Below are positions 30,339-39,085 of a stretch of 64,000 nucleotides of DNA, piece by piece. This DNA is from Patescibacteria group bacterium (GTDB taxonomy: Bacteria; Patescibacteriota; Microgenomatia; UBA1400; PJMF01). A program made the translations under genes and the position numbers. The notes below the pieces were generated by a model, which was given only the letters and a program-made list of their open reading frames with translations, had not been told where the DNA came from and ran no database searches. The DNA lies in contig JBMORP010000006.1 of assembly GCA_049322655.1 (NCBI GenBank), positions 512,410 through 576,409 on the forward strand, written 5' to 3'. Each line of letters opens with the position of its first letter. The first letter of the stretch is position 1.

Positions 30339-30912
30339 AAAACTGATCAAAAAATTAACTGAAGAGATTCTAAAATTTAGAGAAGCTAGAAACTGGAAAC
30401 AATACCATTCTCCAAAAAACATGGCTATTTCTTTCTATATAGAAACAGCTGAATTGGCAGAATACTTTCAATATGGTTTTGATGAAGTTTTTGAACAAAC
30501 AAAAAAATATCAACAGAAAGTTGCTGACGAAATCATTGATGTTTTATGGTGGACTCTATTAATTGCTTATGAATATAGTATTGAACTAAATAAAAATAAG
30601 GCAACTAAATCAAAAAATATTTTTAAACCAAGAAATTCTTTAATGAGAATCTTTAACAGTATTGGGAAAATTAGTAACGAACTAATTAAATCACAAGATA
30701 TCATCAAAAAAAAATATAAAACTAAAAATCCAAAAATCCTTGAAAAAGAATTGCAAAATATTTTTAATCAAGTTGTAAGTTTTGCCAAATTTATTAACAT
30801 GGACATTGAAAAGGAATTTTATAGAAAGCTAGATAAAAATAAAAAAAGGTATCCAATCAAAAAAGCTTCTTTTTTAAAAGTTTTTAGTGTTAAACTATAT
30901 AAAAATATATGA
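30328..30912 (+). CDS. MazG-like all-alpha NTP pyrophosphohydrolase (dCTPase-like)
   Basis: FREARNWKQYHSPKN, E..EL.E.FQ, DE..DV, K...N.KRYP. Confidence 0.85.
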   Translation: MINKKLIKKLTEEILKFREARNWKQYHSPKNMAISFYIETAELAEYFQYGFDEVFEQTKKYQQKVADEIIDVLWWTLLIAYEYSIELNKNKATKSKNIFKPRNSLMRIFNSIGKISNELIKSQDIIKKKYKTKNPKILEKELQNIFNQVVSFAKFINMDIEKEFYRKLDKNKKRYPIKKASFLKVFSVKLYKNI

Positions 30913-31895
30913 AAAAAGATAGTATCCTCCCACAAAATACTCCAACAAAAACACTCAAAGAAATTGCTAAAAATCCATTAGAAGATATTGAATATATAAA
31001 AAATATTGAAAAACAATTGAAAAAAAGACGTGGCTATTCATTTAAAATGCCAAAACCAAAGACTCCAGTTATTTTAATGTTTTCTGGGGGGTTGGATAGC
31101 ACTACCATTTGCGATATTTTACTTAGAAAATACCAGTTACAAGTTTATCCACTCCATCTTAGAAGGGGTCAAATTAGGATGCCAATCGAAGAAAAAGCGG
31201 TAGCTGATCTTTCAAAGCATTTTACCAAAGAGTTTCCTAAACTTTACCACCAGCCACAAATAGTTAATGCCTTTATTCCACCATTAGAGTTTAGGTTTGA
31301 TGTAACCGCTCATGCTGAAGTAAGAGCTAATAAAAAAAACAAGCAATGGCTGGGTATACCTATGTATACATCGATGGCAGCTGAATATGCTGTTAACTAC
31401 GCTATTTTTCTAGAAAAAACTAAAGGTATAAAAATTAGAGACATATTTTTTGGAATTATGAGCAAAGATGGTTTGGTGATGAAATATGAAACTCTCACTT
31501 TTTTGAGATCAATGACAAATCATATTTGTCAATTAATGGGTGACTATTCTTGGCAAGTATCATCGCTTCCAGTAGAAAAAGAGCTTGGTTATTACTTTGA
31601 TAAGGAACCATTAATTAAATGGTGCGCCAAATACAATGTCCCAATTCATAAATCATTCAGTTGCTTAGATCCTCACTACTATCACTGTGGCAGTTGTTAC
31701 TACTGTCAAAGAAGAAAAAATATCACTAAAGAAATTGGTGAAAAAGATAATACTTTTTACATAGATGAACAGCCATTTCAAAGGCTAGTTAGATTATTAG
31801 ACAAAATACTTTATGTTAAAGAATATACTAAATTTTTCATCAAAATTAATAAAACATTTTTGAAATATTTCATTAAATACTTCAATGGAAGATAA
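30909..31895 (+). CDS. QueC-like PP-loop ATP pyrophosphatase (divergent), paralog 2
   Basis: FSGGLDST; SC..x..HCGSCYYC Zn cluster; N-terminal extension shared with 17833-18771. Confidence 0.85.
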   Translation: MKKDSILPQNTPTKTLKEIAKNPLEDIEYIKNIEKQLKKRRGYSFKMPKPKTPVILMFSGGLDSTTICDILLRKYQLQVYPLHLRRGQIRMPIEEKAVADLSKHFTKEFPKLYHQPQIVNAFIPPLEFRFDVTAHAEVRANKKNKQWLGIPMYTSMAAEYAVNYAIFLEKTKGIKIRDIFFGIMSKDGLVMKYETLTFLRSMTNHICQLMGDYSWQVSSLPVEKELGYYFDKEPLIKWCAKYNVPIHKSFSCLDPHYYHCGSCYYCQRRKNITKEIGEKDNTFYIDEQPFQRLVRLLDKILYVKEYTKFFIKINKTFLKYFIKYFNGR

Positions 31896-32712
31896 CATGC
31901 AAATCAATAAACTACAAAATATTTATAATAAAATTCAGTTGAATCTGGGTGTTAAAACCTTTTTTGAAAATAATTTTCAAAAAACTAAGTTATTTTTTGA
32001 CCAAAATTTAATTTTTCCCCTGTCTAAAAAAATAAATGATTATTTATTTGATCAAGTTATTGCTCATTACGGAGCAGACTATAAATGGGATGACCAAAAA
32101 AGCCAAAACATCAATAAAAAAACCAAAAATTATGGTTACGGTTTATTTCATTACTCAATGATTAAAAACCAAAAACCAAAAAGAGTTTTGATCGTTGGTT
32201 CAATGTTTGGTTTTATTCCATACATGATGGCTAAAGCTTGTGAAGAAAATGGTTTTGGTAAGGTTGATTTTGTTGATGCTAGTTTTGACTTGAAAGATGA
32301 AGATGATAAAAATACCCATTATTTTGGCCACGGTTTTTGGAACAAGAAAACAGCCAAAAAACATTTTTCTTACCTACTCAATCCAAGATATATTGATACT
32401 CATGTGATGACCACTGATGAATTTGCTAAGAAATATCCTCAAAACAACTATGACTATATTTGTTTGGATGGTGACCACTCTTATAAAGGAGCAAAACTAG
32501 ATTTAAAATTATTTTGGTCCAAACTCAACAAAGAAGGCTTCATTTCTTTTCATGATATTCACCTAAAAAAAGAGTTTTTAAAAAAAGAAGCCAGAGAAAT
32601 GGATTTGGAATTGGGATATAGGAAAATTTGGCAAGAATTGATAAAAACTAAGAAATACAAATTTGAATTATCCAATCACTATTCAGGATTAGGATTTTTA
32701 CAGAAATTATAG
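31885..32712 (+). CDS. class I SAM-dependent methyltransferase (Methyltransf_24-like)
   Basis: VLIVGS..G, VD, LDGDHSY.G, G.ISFHD. Confidence 0.85.
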   Translation: MEDNMQINKLQNIYNKIQLNLGVKTFFENNFQKTKLFFDQNLIFPLSKKINDYLFDQVIAHYGADYKWDDQKSQNINKKTKNYGYGLFHYSMIKNQKPKRVLIVGSMFGFIPYMMAKACEENGFGKVDFVDASFDLKDEDDKNTHYFGHGFWNKKTAKKHFSYLLNPRYIDTHVMTTDEFAKKYPQNNYDYICLDGDHSYKGAKLDLKLFWSKLNKEGFISFHDIHLKKEFLKKEAREMDLELGYRKIWQELIKTKKYKFELSNHYSGLGFLQKL

Positions 32713-32714
32713 AT

Positions 32715-33971
32715 ATGTTTGGAATAAAAAGTTACTTTTCAAAAAAAATTAACTTAAGATTCAAAAAAATTGTTAGTGAAACTCAACTTTCAAAAAAAAG
32801 TTTATCATTTATTGATAAAAAAATAACTGAAATTGCTATTTTTAGAAAACTAACAAATGAAAACTGGGATAAACAAATTCAATCACCAGTATCTTCCTAT
32901 ACTAACCCTGAATCTAGAAAAATAGTCAAAGTTATTAGTAAATTTAATCCAAATAACCTAGGAAACTGGTCAGAAGAAAAAAGTTTTCATCTGTCTGGAT
33001 TATTGGAAAAAAAAATAATTGATTATTTAGTTAAACTTCTAAAAGCAAAGAACAAAGAAATGGGTGGATATTTAACTAGTGGCGGAACTGAGGCAAATAT
33101 TTTTGCTATGTGGTTGGGTCGAAATTCACTTCAAAAATCAATTAAAACCAATCAAATCATAGTTTTAAAAACTAGTCTCACCCATTATTCAATTGAAAAA
33201 GCTACTGATTTAGTTGGATTGAATTATACAGATATCTCAATTGATTCCAAATTTTGGGGAATGAGCCTAAAAAATTTAGAAGAGACAATCAAAAAAGAAT
33301 ATAAAAAAGGCAAAAAAGGATTCTTAATTCCATTAACACTAGGTTACACCATTACTGGATCGGATGATCCAATCAAAGAAATCAATAATCTAATCAATAA
33401 ATTAAAAAATCAATATAAAGAAATAAAGTTTTTTTGTTGGATTGATGCGGCATTTTCTGGAATAGTAAAACCATTTTTAGAAGAAAACTTCACTCCATTT
33501 TCCTATAACAATATTCAGGCTTTCCTCACTGACTTTCATAAAGTTATGGCTGTTCCTTATCAATCAGGAATAATCATCTATAGAAAAAATCTAATAAAAA
33601 ATATAGAAAATGAAGTTACTTATATTGGTAGAAAAGATACAACTTTGCTTGGTTCAAGATCAGGAAGTTCAGCTATTATCACTTGGTTTACCCTTATCTC
33701 CTTAGGACAAGATAAAATCATAAAAATAATTGAACAAGCTATAAAAGAAAAAAATATTTTTATTAAACAAATTCAAAAAAAAATACCAAATATAAAAATA
33801 ATTAATCAAAAAAGTAATATCCAAATTGGTTTAGTTGCAAATAGCAAAAATCAAAAAAATATTTTAAATAAAATGAACTTAGAAGAAACAAAACAGAAAA
33901 TTTTGCTTAATGGGAAAAATAAAAAAATCTCTATTTATAAAATATATTTTTTGCCATTTTTTAAAAACTAA
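32715..33971 (+). CDS. group II PLP-dependent amino-acid decarboxylase (MfnA/GAD/HDC-like)
   Basis: TSGGTEAN, HYS..KA, IDAAFSG, DFHK (PLP Lys), GSRSG. Confidence 0.88.
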   Translation: MFGIKSYFSKKINLRFKKIVSETQLSKKSLSFIDKKITEIAIFRKLTNENWDKQIQSPVSSYTNPESRKIVKVISKFNPNNLGNWSEEKSFHLSGLLEKKIIDYLVKLLKAKNKEMGGYLTSGGTEANIFAMWLGRNSLQKSIKTNQIIVLKTSLTHYSIEKATDLVGLNYTDISIDSKFWGMSLKNLEETIKKEYKKGKKGFLIPLTLGYTITGSDDPIKEINNLINKLKNQYKEIKFFCWIDAAFSGIVKPFLEENFTPFSYNNIQAFLTDFHKVMAVPYQSGIIIYRKNLIKNIENEVTYIGRKDTTLLGSRSGSSAIITWFTLISLGQDKIIKIIEQAIKEKNIFIKQIQKKIPNIKIINQKSNIQIGLVANSKNQKNILNKMNLEETKQKILLNGKNKKISIYKIYFLPFFKN

Positions 33972-34825
33972 ATTTCTTTGAAATCAATTATTTTAGCTTG
34001 ATCTCCTCCTATAGAAAAAGAGTTTAAATATACTTTAATGTCACTACCAATTCCAAGTTTAGTACCATCCAATAAATAATAATTATCAGCATTTTTATAA
34101 GCTTTTAATCTTAAATTAATTGTTAAATCTCTATAATCTGGATCAATAACCTTAATATTTTCTCCCCTAATATCAGAAAACTCATAATTAGAATGAATTT
34201 CACTGGTAAAATCCATTACTTCAGCTAAAATCCTGCCTTGTTCATCACTCATGATCATCCCCTTTTCTAATTTTGCAGCCACATCTAAATCAACCCACTT
34301 TACTTTAACCAAAACAGCCAAATCAACTTGGTCTGAAATCAATTTATCACCAATAAAAGAAATTACTCCATCGACATTGTTTTTCCCAAAAGTCAAATTT
34401 AAACTTCTGCCTACTTCAATAGGCTCAGAATTAAAAAGATACAGGCCTCTTTTGTTATCAAAATATGAACGTACATCCAAAACCACAAAAATAGTACTTC
34501 TACCCTCTCCATCTTCAAATGTTTGCTTATCAACAACTTCAGCAATTGTTTCGCCAAAAGTGTTTTTAGCCACATCACCAATAGCTAAATCATTAATTAA
34601 CCAATAACTAGTTTGTTTTTCAGTTTGCCACCACCATTCTTCATTAGAGATAAAAAGGCCAACTCGCACCCATTCTTCTTTTTTGATTAATTTTGAAATA
34701 ATAAGACTTGAAAATATAGCAAAAACAATCAAAATAATTAAAAAATCTAACCTTTTTAATTTTTTTGAAAAAGAAACAACACTAGTGAAAAATTTTTTAC
34801 TAAACATATCAAAACAATCCTTCAT
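33968..34825 (-). CDS. membrane-anchored beta-rich protein (DUF4330-like), WWW motif; start 34825 or 34807
   Basis: EWWW....YWL matches the paralog at 15743-16597. Confidence 0.6.
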   Translation of the reverse strand: MKDCFDMFSKKFFTSVVSFSKKLKRLDFLIILIVFAIFSSLIISKLIKKEEWVRVGLFISNEEWWWQTEKQTSYWLINDLAIGDVAKNTFGETIAEVVDKQTFEDGEGRSTIFVVLDVRSYFDNKRGLYLFNSEPIEVGRSLNLTFGKNNVDGVISFIGDKLISDQVDLAVLVKVKWVDLDVAAKLEKGMIMSDEQGRILAEVMDFTSEIHSNYEFSDIRGENIKVIDPDYRDLTINLRLKAYKNADNYYLLDGTKLGIGSDIKVYLNSFSIGGDQAKIIDFKEI

Positions 34826-36260
34826 CGCAGATTATATCGGAAAAGGGATAAGTTTCACCTACAATTTATTTCCTTACTTTTTTATAACTCTAACTTTTCT
34901 GTTAAGTTTACTATTTGTCAGCTCAAATTTAACTCTATTAATAACAAGTATTATTTTTTCTTTTGTTCTCTACCAAAAAACCAAGAATTTAGAACTAACC
35001 ATTTTTTTAGGACTAATAACTACACTACCATTTGCTAAAGGTAAAACTTTTGAACTCATTTTGTTAGAAAACAATCAGGTTTCAACAAATTCATTATTTG
35101 ATATAGACTATTCTTTCCCAATCTACCTAAGTGATATTTTTTTGTTCGCGCTAATTTGGGTTTTAATTCGTAATAAAAATATAGTAAATAAAATAAAAAA
35201 CTTTAATATTTCAACAAGCCAAACCTGGTTTGTAGTTTTTATATTGATAACCATAGTATCAGGGTTTTTTTCTAAATTTCCGATTGTTTCTTTACTATCA
35301 TCAGCACAAATACTCAGATTACTTTTATTAATGGTTATTCCTTTAATTATAAATTCAAAAATAAAAATAAAAACAATAATAGAAACTACTGTAGCCTCGG
35401 TTTTATTTCAGACTCTGTTAATCTTTCTACAAAAAATAAACAATGGAACTCTAGGAATATACATAGAATCATTTATGCTTAAAGAAGAATTTGGCATCAG
35501 ATCAAATGAAAACATTGATATTCTTAGATTAACTGGCTCATTTTTTGAACCAAGTATTTTGGGTACTTTTCTTTTGATAAACTTCTCTTTGCTATTAAAT
35601 AGCCTCAAAAAGTTAAAAAATAATAAAATTAAAAAATTAGTTTTATTAGCATTATTAGGTTGTTTCATAGGAATTATTCTTACTGCTAGTAGAGGAATTT
35701 ATTTACTTTTCTTTGCTTATATCATTTATGAAATAATATTGGTAGTCAAAAATAGGAATTTAAAATTAAAAACAATAAACAAGAACTTATTATTGGCAAT
35801 AATAATCATAGTTGCTGTTTTTTTACCATATTTTTCCAATAGAATCTTTGATTTTTCAAAAATATTTTCTAAACTAGGAAGTGGTACTTACAGATTACAG
35901 TTAGCTGAAGAGTCTTTTTTATTAGCTAAAAATAATCTCTTAGGAGTTGGAATTAATCTTTCTCCTTATAATTTTGCAATACAAAAATTTTCAAAAGAAA
36001 TAATTTTTGATCCAGCTCATCCTCATAATATATTTTTTCAAATTTTAGCTGAAACAGGCTTTATTGGTTTAACAATATTTAGCTTTTTTATATTTTATAC
36101 AATCAAAGAAATTCCACAATTAAACAAAAATTTGTTTTTTTACCCAATAATTTTGTTTTTAATAGCCGCACAGTTTTACCCAATTTTTATTAATCAATCA
36201 GAAATTACTAGTTATTTGTTTTTATTCATAGGACTAAGTAAAAAATATAGCAAATCATGA
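34785..36260 (+). CDS. O-antigen ligase (Wzy_C) family membrane protein; start uncertain (GTG 34785 or TTG 34683)
   Basis: RLTGSFFEP, TASRG, LLGVG, HPHNIFFQILAETG. Confidence 0.8.
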   Translation: MKNFLLNISKQSFIADYIGKGISFTYNLFPYFFITLTFLLSLLFVSSNLTLLITSIIFSFVLYQKTKNLELTIFLGLITTLPFAKGKTFELILLENNQVSTNSLFDIDYSFPIYLSDIFLFALIWVLIRNKNIVNKIKNFNISTSQTWFVVFILITIVSGFFSKFPIVSLLSSAQILRLLLLMVIPLIINSKIKIKTIIETTVASVLFQTLLIFLQKINNGTLGIYIESFMLKEEFGIRSNENIDILRLTGSFFEPSILGTFLLINFSLLLNSLKKLKNNKIKKLVLLALLGCFIGIILTASRGIYLLFFAYIIYEIILVVKNRNLKLKTINKNLLLAIIIIVAVFLPYFSNRIFDFSKIFSKLGSGTYRLQLAEESFLLAKNNLLGVGINLSPYNFAIQKFSKEIIFDPAHPHNIFFQILAETGFIGLTIFSFFIFYTIKEIPQLNKNLFFYPIILFLIAAQFYPIFINQSEITSYLFLFIGLSKKYSKS

Positions 36261-37381
36261 AAAAACTTTTTATTATTCCTTTTGAACTTCCCTGGGATTG
36301 GACAGCTGACTATCAGCGACAGACTATTTTTGAGCTAAACAAAAATAATAACAAAGTTTTGGCTTACATGAATAAAGATAGTTATTTATTTTTAAAAGTA
36401 AAACAAAAAAAAAACTATCCCAATATAAAAAATACTGATTTTTATCAACCACGAAATTTGCTGCCTTTTCAACGTTTTGAGCTTGTTCAATCTCTGAATC
36501 AGCTAATTAACCTGATAATAATCAGGTTAAAAAACCTTAACAAAAAGATTTATCTTTGGTCTTTTGATCCAGATTTTTATTTGTTGAATTACTTAGCAAG
36601 GTTTTTGGGGATAATCACTATTTACGATTGTGTTGATTATCACAGCCATAACAATCAAACAATTAACCAACAAATAAGAACTAAAGAAGATAAAATCATT
36701 AAAAATTCTAAATATTTCTTTGTTAACTCAAGAGAACTAGCTAAAATTCATAGCAAAAAAAGAAAACCAACTGCAATTGTCCCACAAGGTTTTGATTTAA
36801 CTACTTTTGAAACAAAATTAAAAAAACTAGCTTTTTTTAATAAAATTAAAAAACCTATTATTGGTTATGTTGGAGGTATAAACTATCGACTCGATTATGA
36901 TTTGTTAATTAAGTTAGCCAAAAACAATCCTAATTGGCAATTTGTTTTTTGGGGACCAATACAAAAACAAGATGACGATCAACAAAATCAAGTAGAAGAG
37001 AAACAAAGAACTCTTTTTTCACTAGCAAATGTTTCTGTTAGTCAAAGTGAACGTAAAAATATCCCCGCCGTAATTAATCACTTTGATGTTTGTCTAATTC
37101 CCTACAAAACTAATTATCTATTTAACAAACATTGTTACCCAATGAAAATTTTTGAGTATTTTTACCTAAAAAAACCAATCATTTCGGCTCCAATTAATGA
37201 GTTAAAAAGATTTCCTGAAAAACTAATTTCAATTGCTAAAGACTACTCATCTTGGCAAAAAAAAATTGAAGAAAAAATAGAAAAAAAAGAATTAGACACA
37301 GTTAAAAAAACTAAGCAAAGGCTAGCTTTTGAAAATTCTTGGAAAAATAAAATTTCTAATATTTTAGAAAAAATTAATTAA
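36257..37381 (+). CDS. glycosyltransferase (GT-B, TuaH-like), paralog of 9351-10457
   Basis: YDCVDYH, YVGGINYRLD, YPMKIFEYF, NSW. Confidence 0.85.
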   Translation: MKKLFIIPFELPWDWTADYQRQTIFELNKNNNKVLAYMNKDSYLFLKVKQKKNYPNIKNTDFYQPRNLLPFQRFELVQSLNQLINLIIIRLKNLNKKIYLWSFDPDFYLLNYLARFLGIITIYDCVDYHSHNNQTINQQIRTKEDKIIKNSKYFFVNSRELAKIHSKKRKPTAIVPQGFDLTTFETKLKKLAFFNKIKKPIIGYVGGINYRLDYDLLIKLAKNNPNWQFVFWGPIQKQDDDQQNQVEEKQRTLFSLANVSVSQSERKNIPAVINHFDVCLIPYKTNYLFNKHCYPMKIFEYFYLKKPIISAPINELKRFPEKLISIAKDYSSWQKKIEEKIEKKELDTVKKTKQRLAFENSWKNKISNILEKIN

Positions 37382-38076
37382 CTGATATTTTTCTGTAAAA
37401 CACCTAAACCAGAACCTAAAAACTCTAAAGAAAAAGCATTTTTCTTCGATATTTTTTGCCAAAGTTTCCAAACTCCATACTCTCCTTCTGGTTTTTTACC
37501 TTTAATAGAGATATCGTGAAAAGCAATAAATCCGCCTGCCCTTAACATTGGCCAAAAAAGTTCATAATCTCTGGAAACTCCTTTAAAAGAGTGGTCACCA
37601 TCTATATAGATGTAATCATATTTAACTTTTTTATTGGCAATTTTTTTAAATTCTTCAGTAGTCATGACATGCAAAGTAATAAAGTTTTGTAAGTCAAATC
37701 TTAGAAAAGCAGTTTTGCCAGCTTCTGTTTTCCAATAAGCCTCTCCAGTCCAATGATTGGCGTCTTCATCCCCAAAACCAGCGTCAACAAAATCAACATG
37801 ACCAAATCCGTTATCCTTACACGCTTGAGCCAAAATACCAGGAATATAGCCATGTCTAGAGCCAATACATAACACATTCCTTGGCTTAATTGCTCTTAAT
37901 AAACCATAGTGAACCCAGCCATAGCCTAAATCTGCTGTAGTAAAATTAGCTCTATGACCATATTCATCAACTCTAAATTGATGCATTAATTTTTTGATTT
38001 TTATTTCAGAAACAAGAGATTTCCCTTCTTTAATTAAAGAGATTATTTTTTTTATTTTAGTTTTTATTCCTAACAT
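37378..38076 (-). CDS. class I SAM-dependent methyltransferase (Methyltransf_24-like), paralog of 31885-32712
   Basis: Shared GYG..HY, AC..NGFG.VDFVDA, IDGDHS, FHDI, SGLG.LQK. Confidence 0.87.
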   Translation of the reverse strand: MLGIKTKIKKIISLIKEGKSLVSEIKIKKLMHQFRVDEYGHRANFTTADLGYGWVHYGLLRAIKPRNVLCIGSRHGYIPGILAQACKDNGFGHVDFVDAGFGDEDANHWTGEAYWKTEAGKTAFLRFDLQNFITLHVMTTEEFKKIANKKVKYDYIYIDGDHSFKGVSRDYELFWPMLRAGGFIAFHDISIKGKKPEGEYGVWKLWQKISKKNAFSLEFLGSGLGVLQKNIS

Positions 38077-38195
38077 AAAATCTTTTTAAACTGTTAAACT
38101 AGCACTTATTCTATCAAAATAAATATAAGTTTTATTAGAAAAAAGAACTGATTTCTCCTAAATAAAAAATATGCTACACTTTCTAGCTAAAGGCC

Positions 38196-38966
38196 ATGAT
38201 AAATACTATTTCTAACCCTAACACCAGTAGTAACACTTCTTTTCCGATGGGAAATATCCCTTCTGATCCAGTAGCTAATATTCCTAGTGCTGAAGAAAAA
38301 GTTGAAAAAAAATTTTCTAAAGACCAAAAAAAGAAAATGCCTTCCAAATATATTCTGGCAGGAATTTTGCTATTAATCTTAACCATTGGTGGTGGAATTA
38401 GCATGTACTTAATAAATAGAAGCCAAGATTTAAGGCAACAAGCCGATGTTGGCGATTATACGAGGCCTCCTGCTGGTGGCGACTGTTCTGGTTCATCAGC
38501 AGCTCAATGTCAAGGTAAGAACCCTGGAGATAGTTGTGGAGGAGATGGTACTTGTCGAGACTTACCTAATCAAATAGGTAATGATGGAAAAGTAAAGTGT
38601 ACTTGTGACACTGGCTCTACCAATCCTACAACAGTACCAACCACAGCACCAACAATTGAGCCGACCACTGCCCCAACTGGCGAACCAACAACCAGCCCAA
38701 CAGAGGAGCCAACGGGGGAACCAACAGCAGAACCGACAAATTCTGATGATAGTGGCAACGATGATGATAGCGATAGTAGTTCAGAAAGTTACTCAGAGAG
38801 TAATAGTTCCGCCACAGTTAACATCAGTACCAATACTACTACAACTACTAGCCAACCAAACCTGCCTTCACAACTACCTCAATCTGGTCCTGAAGACTGG
38901 TTGAAATACTTACAAATTGGACTAGGAGCACTCGGAGCTGGAGCTCTTCTGCTACTTTTCCTCTAG
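38196..38966 (+). CDS. surface protein 1: N-terminal TM + SQDLRQQA, Cys-rich domain, PT repeats, Ser-rich linker, LPQSG + hydrophobic tail
   Basis: Read from the translation. Confidence 0.85.
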   Translation: MINTISNPNTSSNTSFPMGNIPSDPVANIPSAEEKVEKKFSKDQKKKMPSKYILAGILLLILTIGGGISMYLINRSQDLRQQADVGDYTRPPAGGDCSGSSAAQCQGKNPGDSCGGDGTCRDLPNQIGNDGKVKCTCDTGSTNPTTVPTTAPTIEPTTAPTGEPTTSPTEEPTGEPTAEPTNSDDSGNDDDSDSSSESYSESNSSATVNISTNTTTTTSQPNLPSQLPQSGPEDWLKYLQIGLGALGAGALLLLFL

Positions 38967-38983
38967 AAAATTAAAAATAAATT

Positions 38984-39015
38984 AAAGGCCTGTTCTTGAA
39001 AACAGGCCTTTTTTT
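38984..39015 (+). terminator. rho-independent terminator
   Basis: AAAGGCCTGTT-CTTGAA-AACAGGCCTTT followed by a T-run. Confidence 0.85.
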
Positions 39016-39033
39016 ATTGAACATATATCCTAA

Positions 39034-39063
39034 TTGACTGACCCCTCAAAAAAGTTATATCCT
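39034..39063 (+). promoter_or_regulatory. promoter-like element TTGACT-N18-TATCCT (copy 1)
   Basis: Same element with the same spacing recurs at 40833-40862. Confidence 0.6.
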
Positions 39064-39085
39064 TATTAAGGAATGATTTAAGTTT

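Noticed and set aside
17833-31895. Queuosine pathway, Dpd DNA modification, or QatABCD / CBASS type IV defence
   Set aside because: No queD, queE, tgt, dpdA, TatD, KAP ATPase or CD-NTase nearby; the context is glycan biosynthesis.
36405-36414. A10 run (and other A8-A9 runs) as phase-variation switches in glycan genes
   Set aside because: Reading frames are intact and such runs are expected in very AT-rich, Lys/Phe-rich genes.
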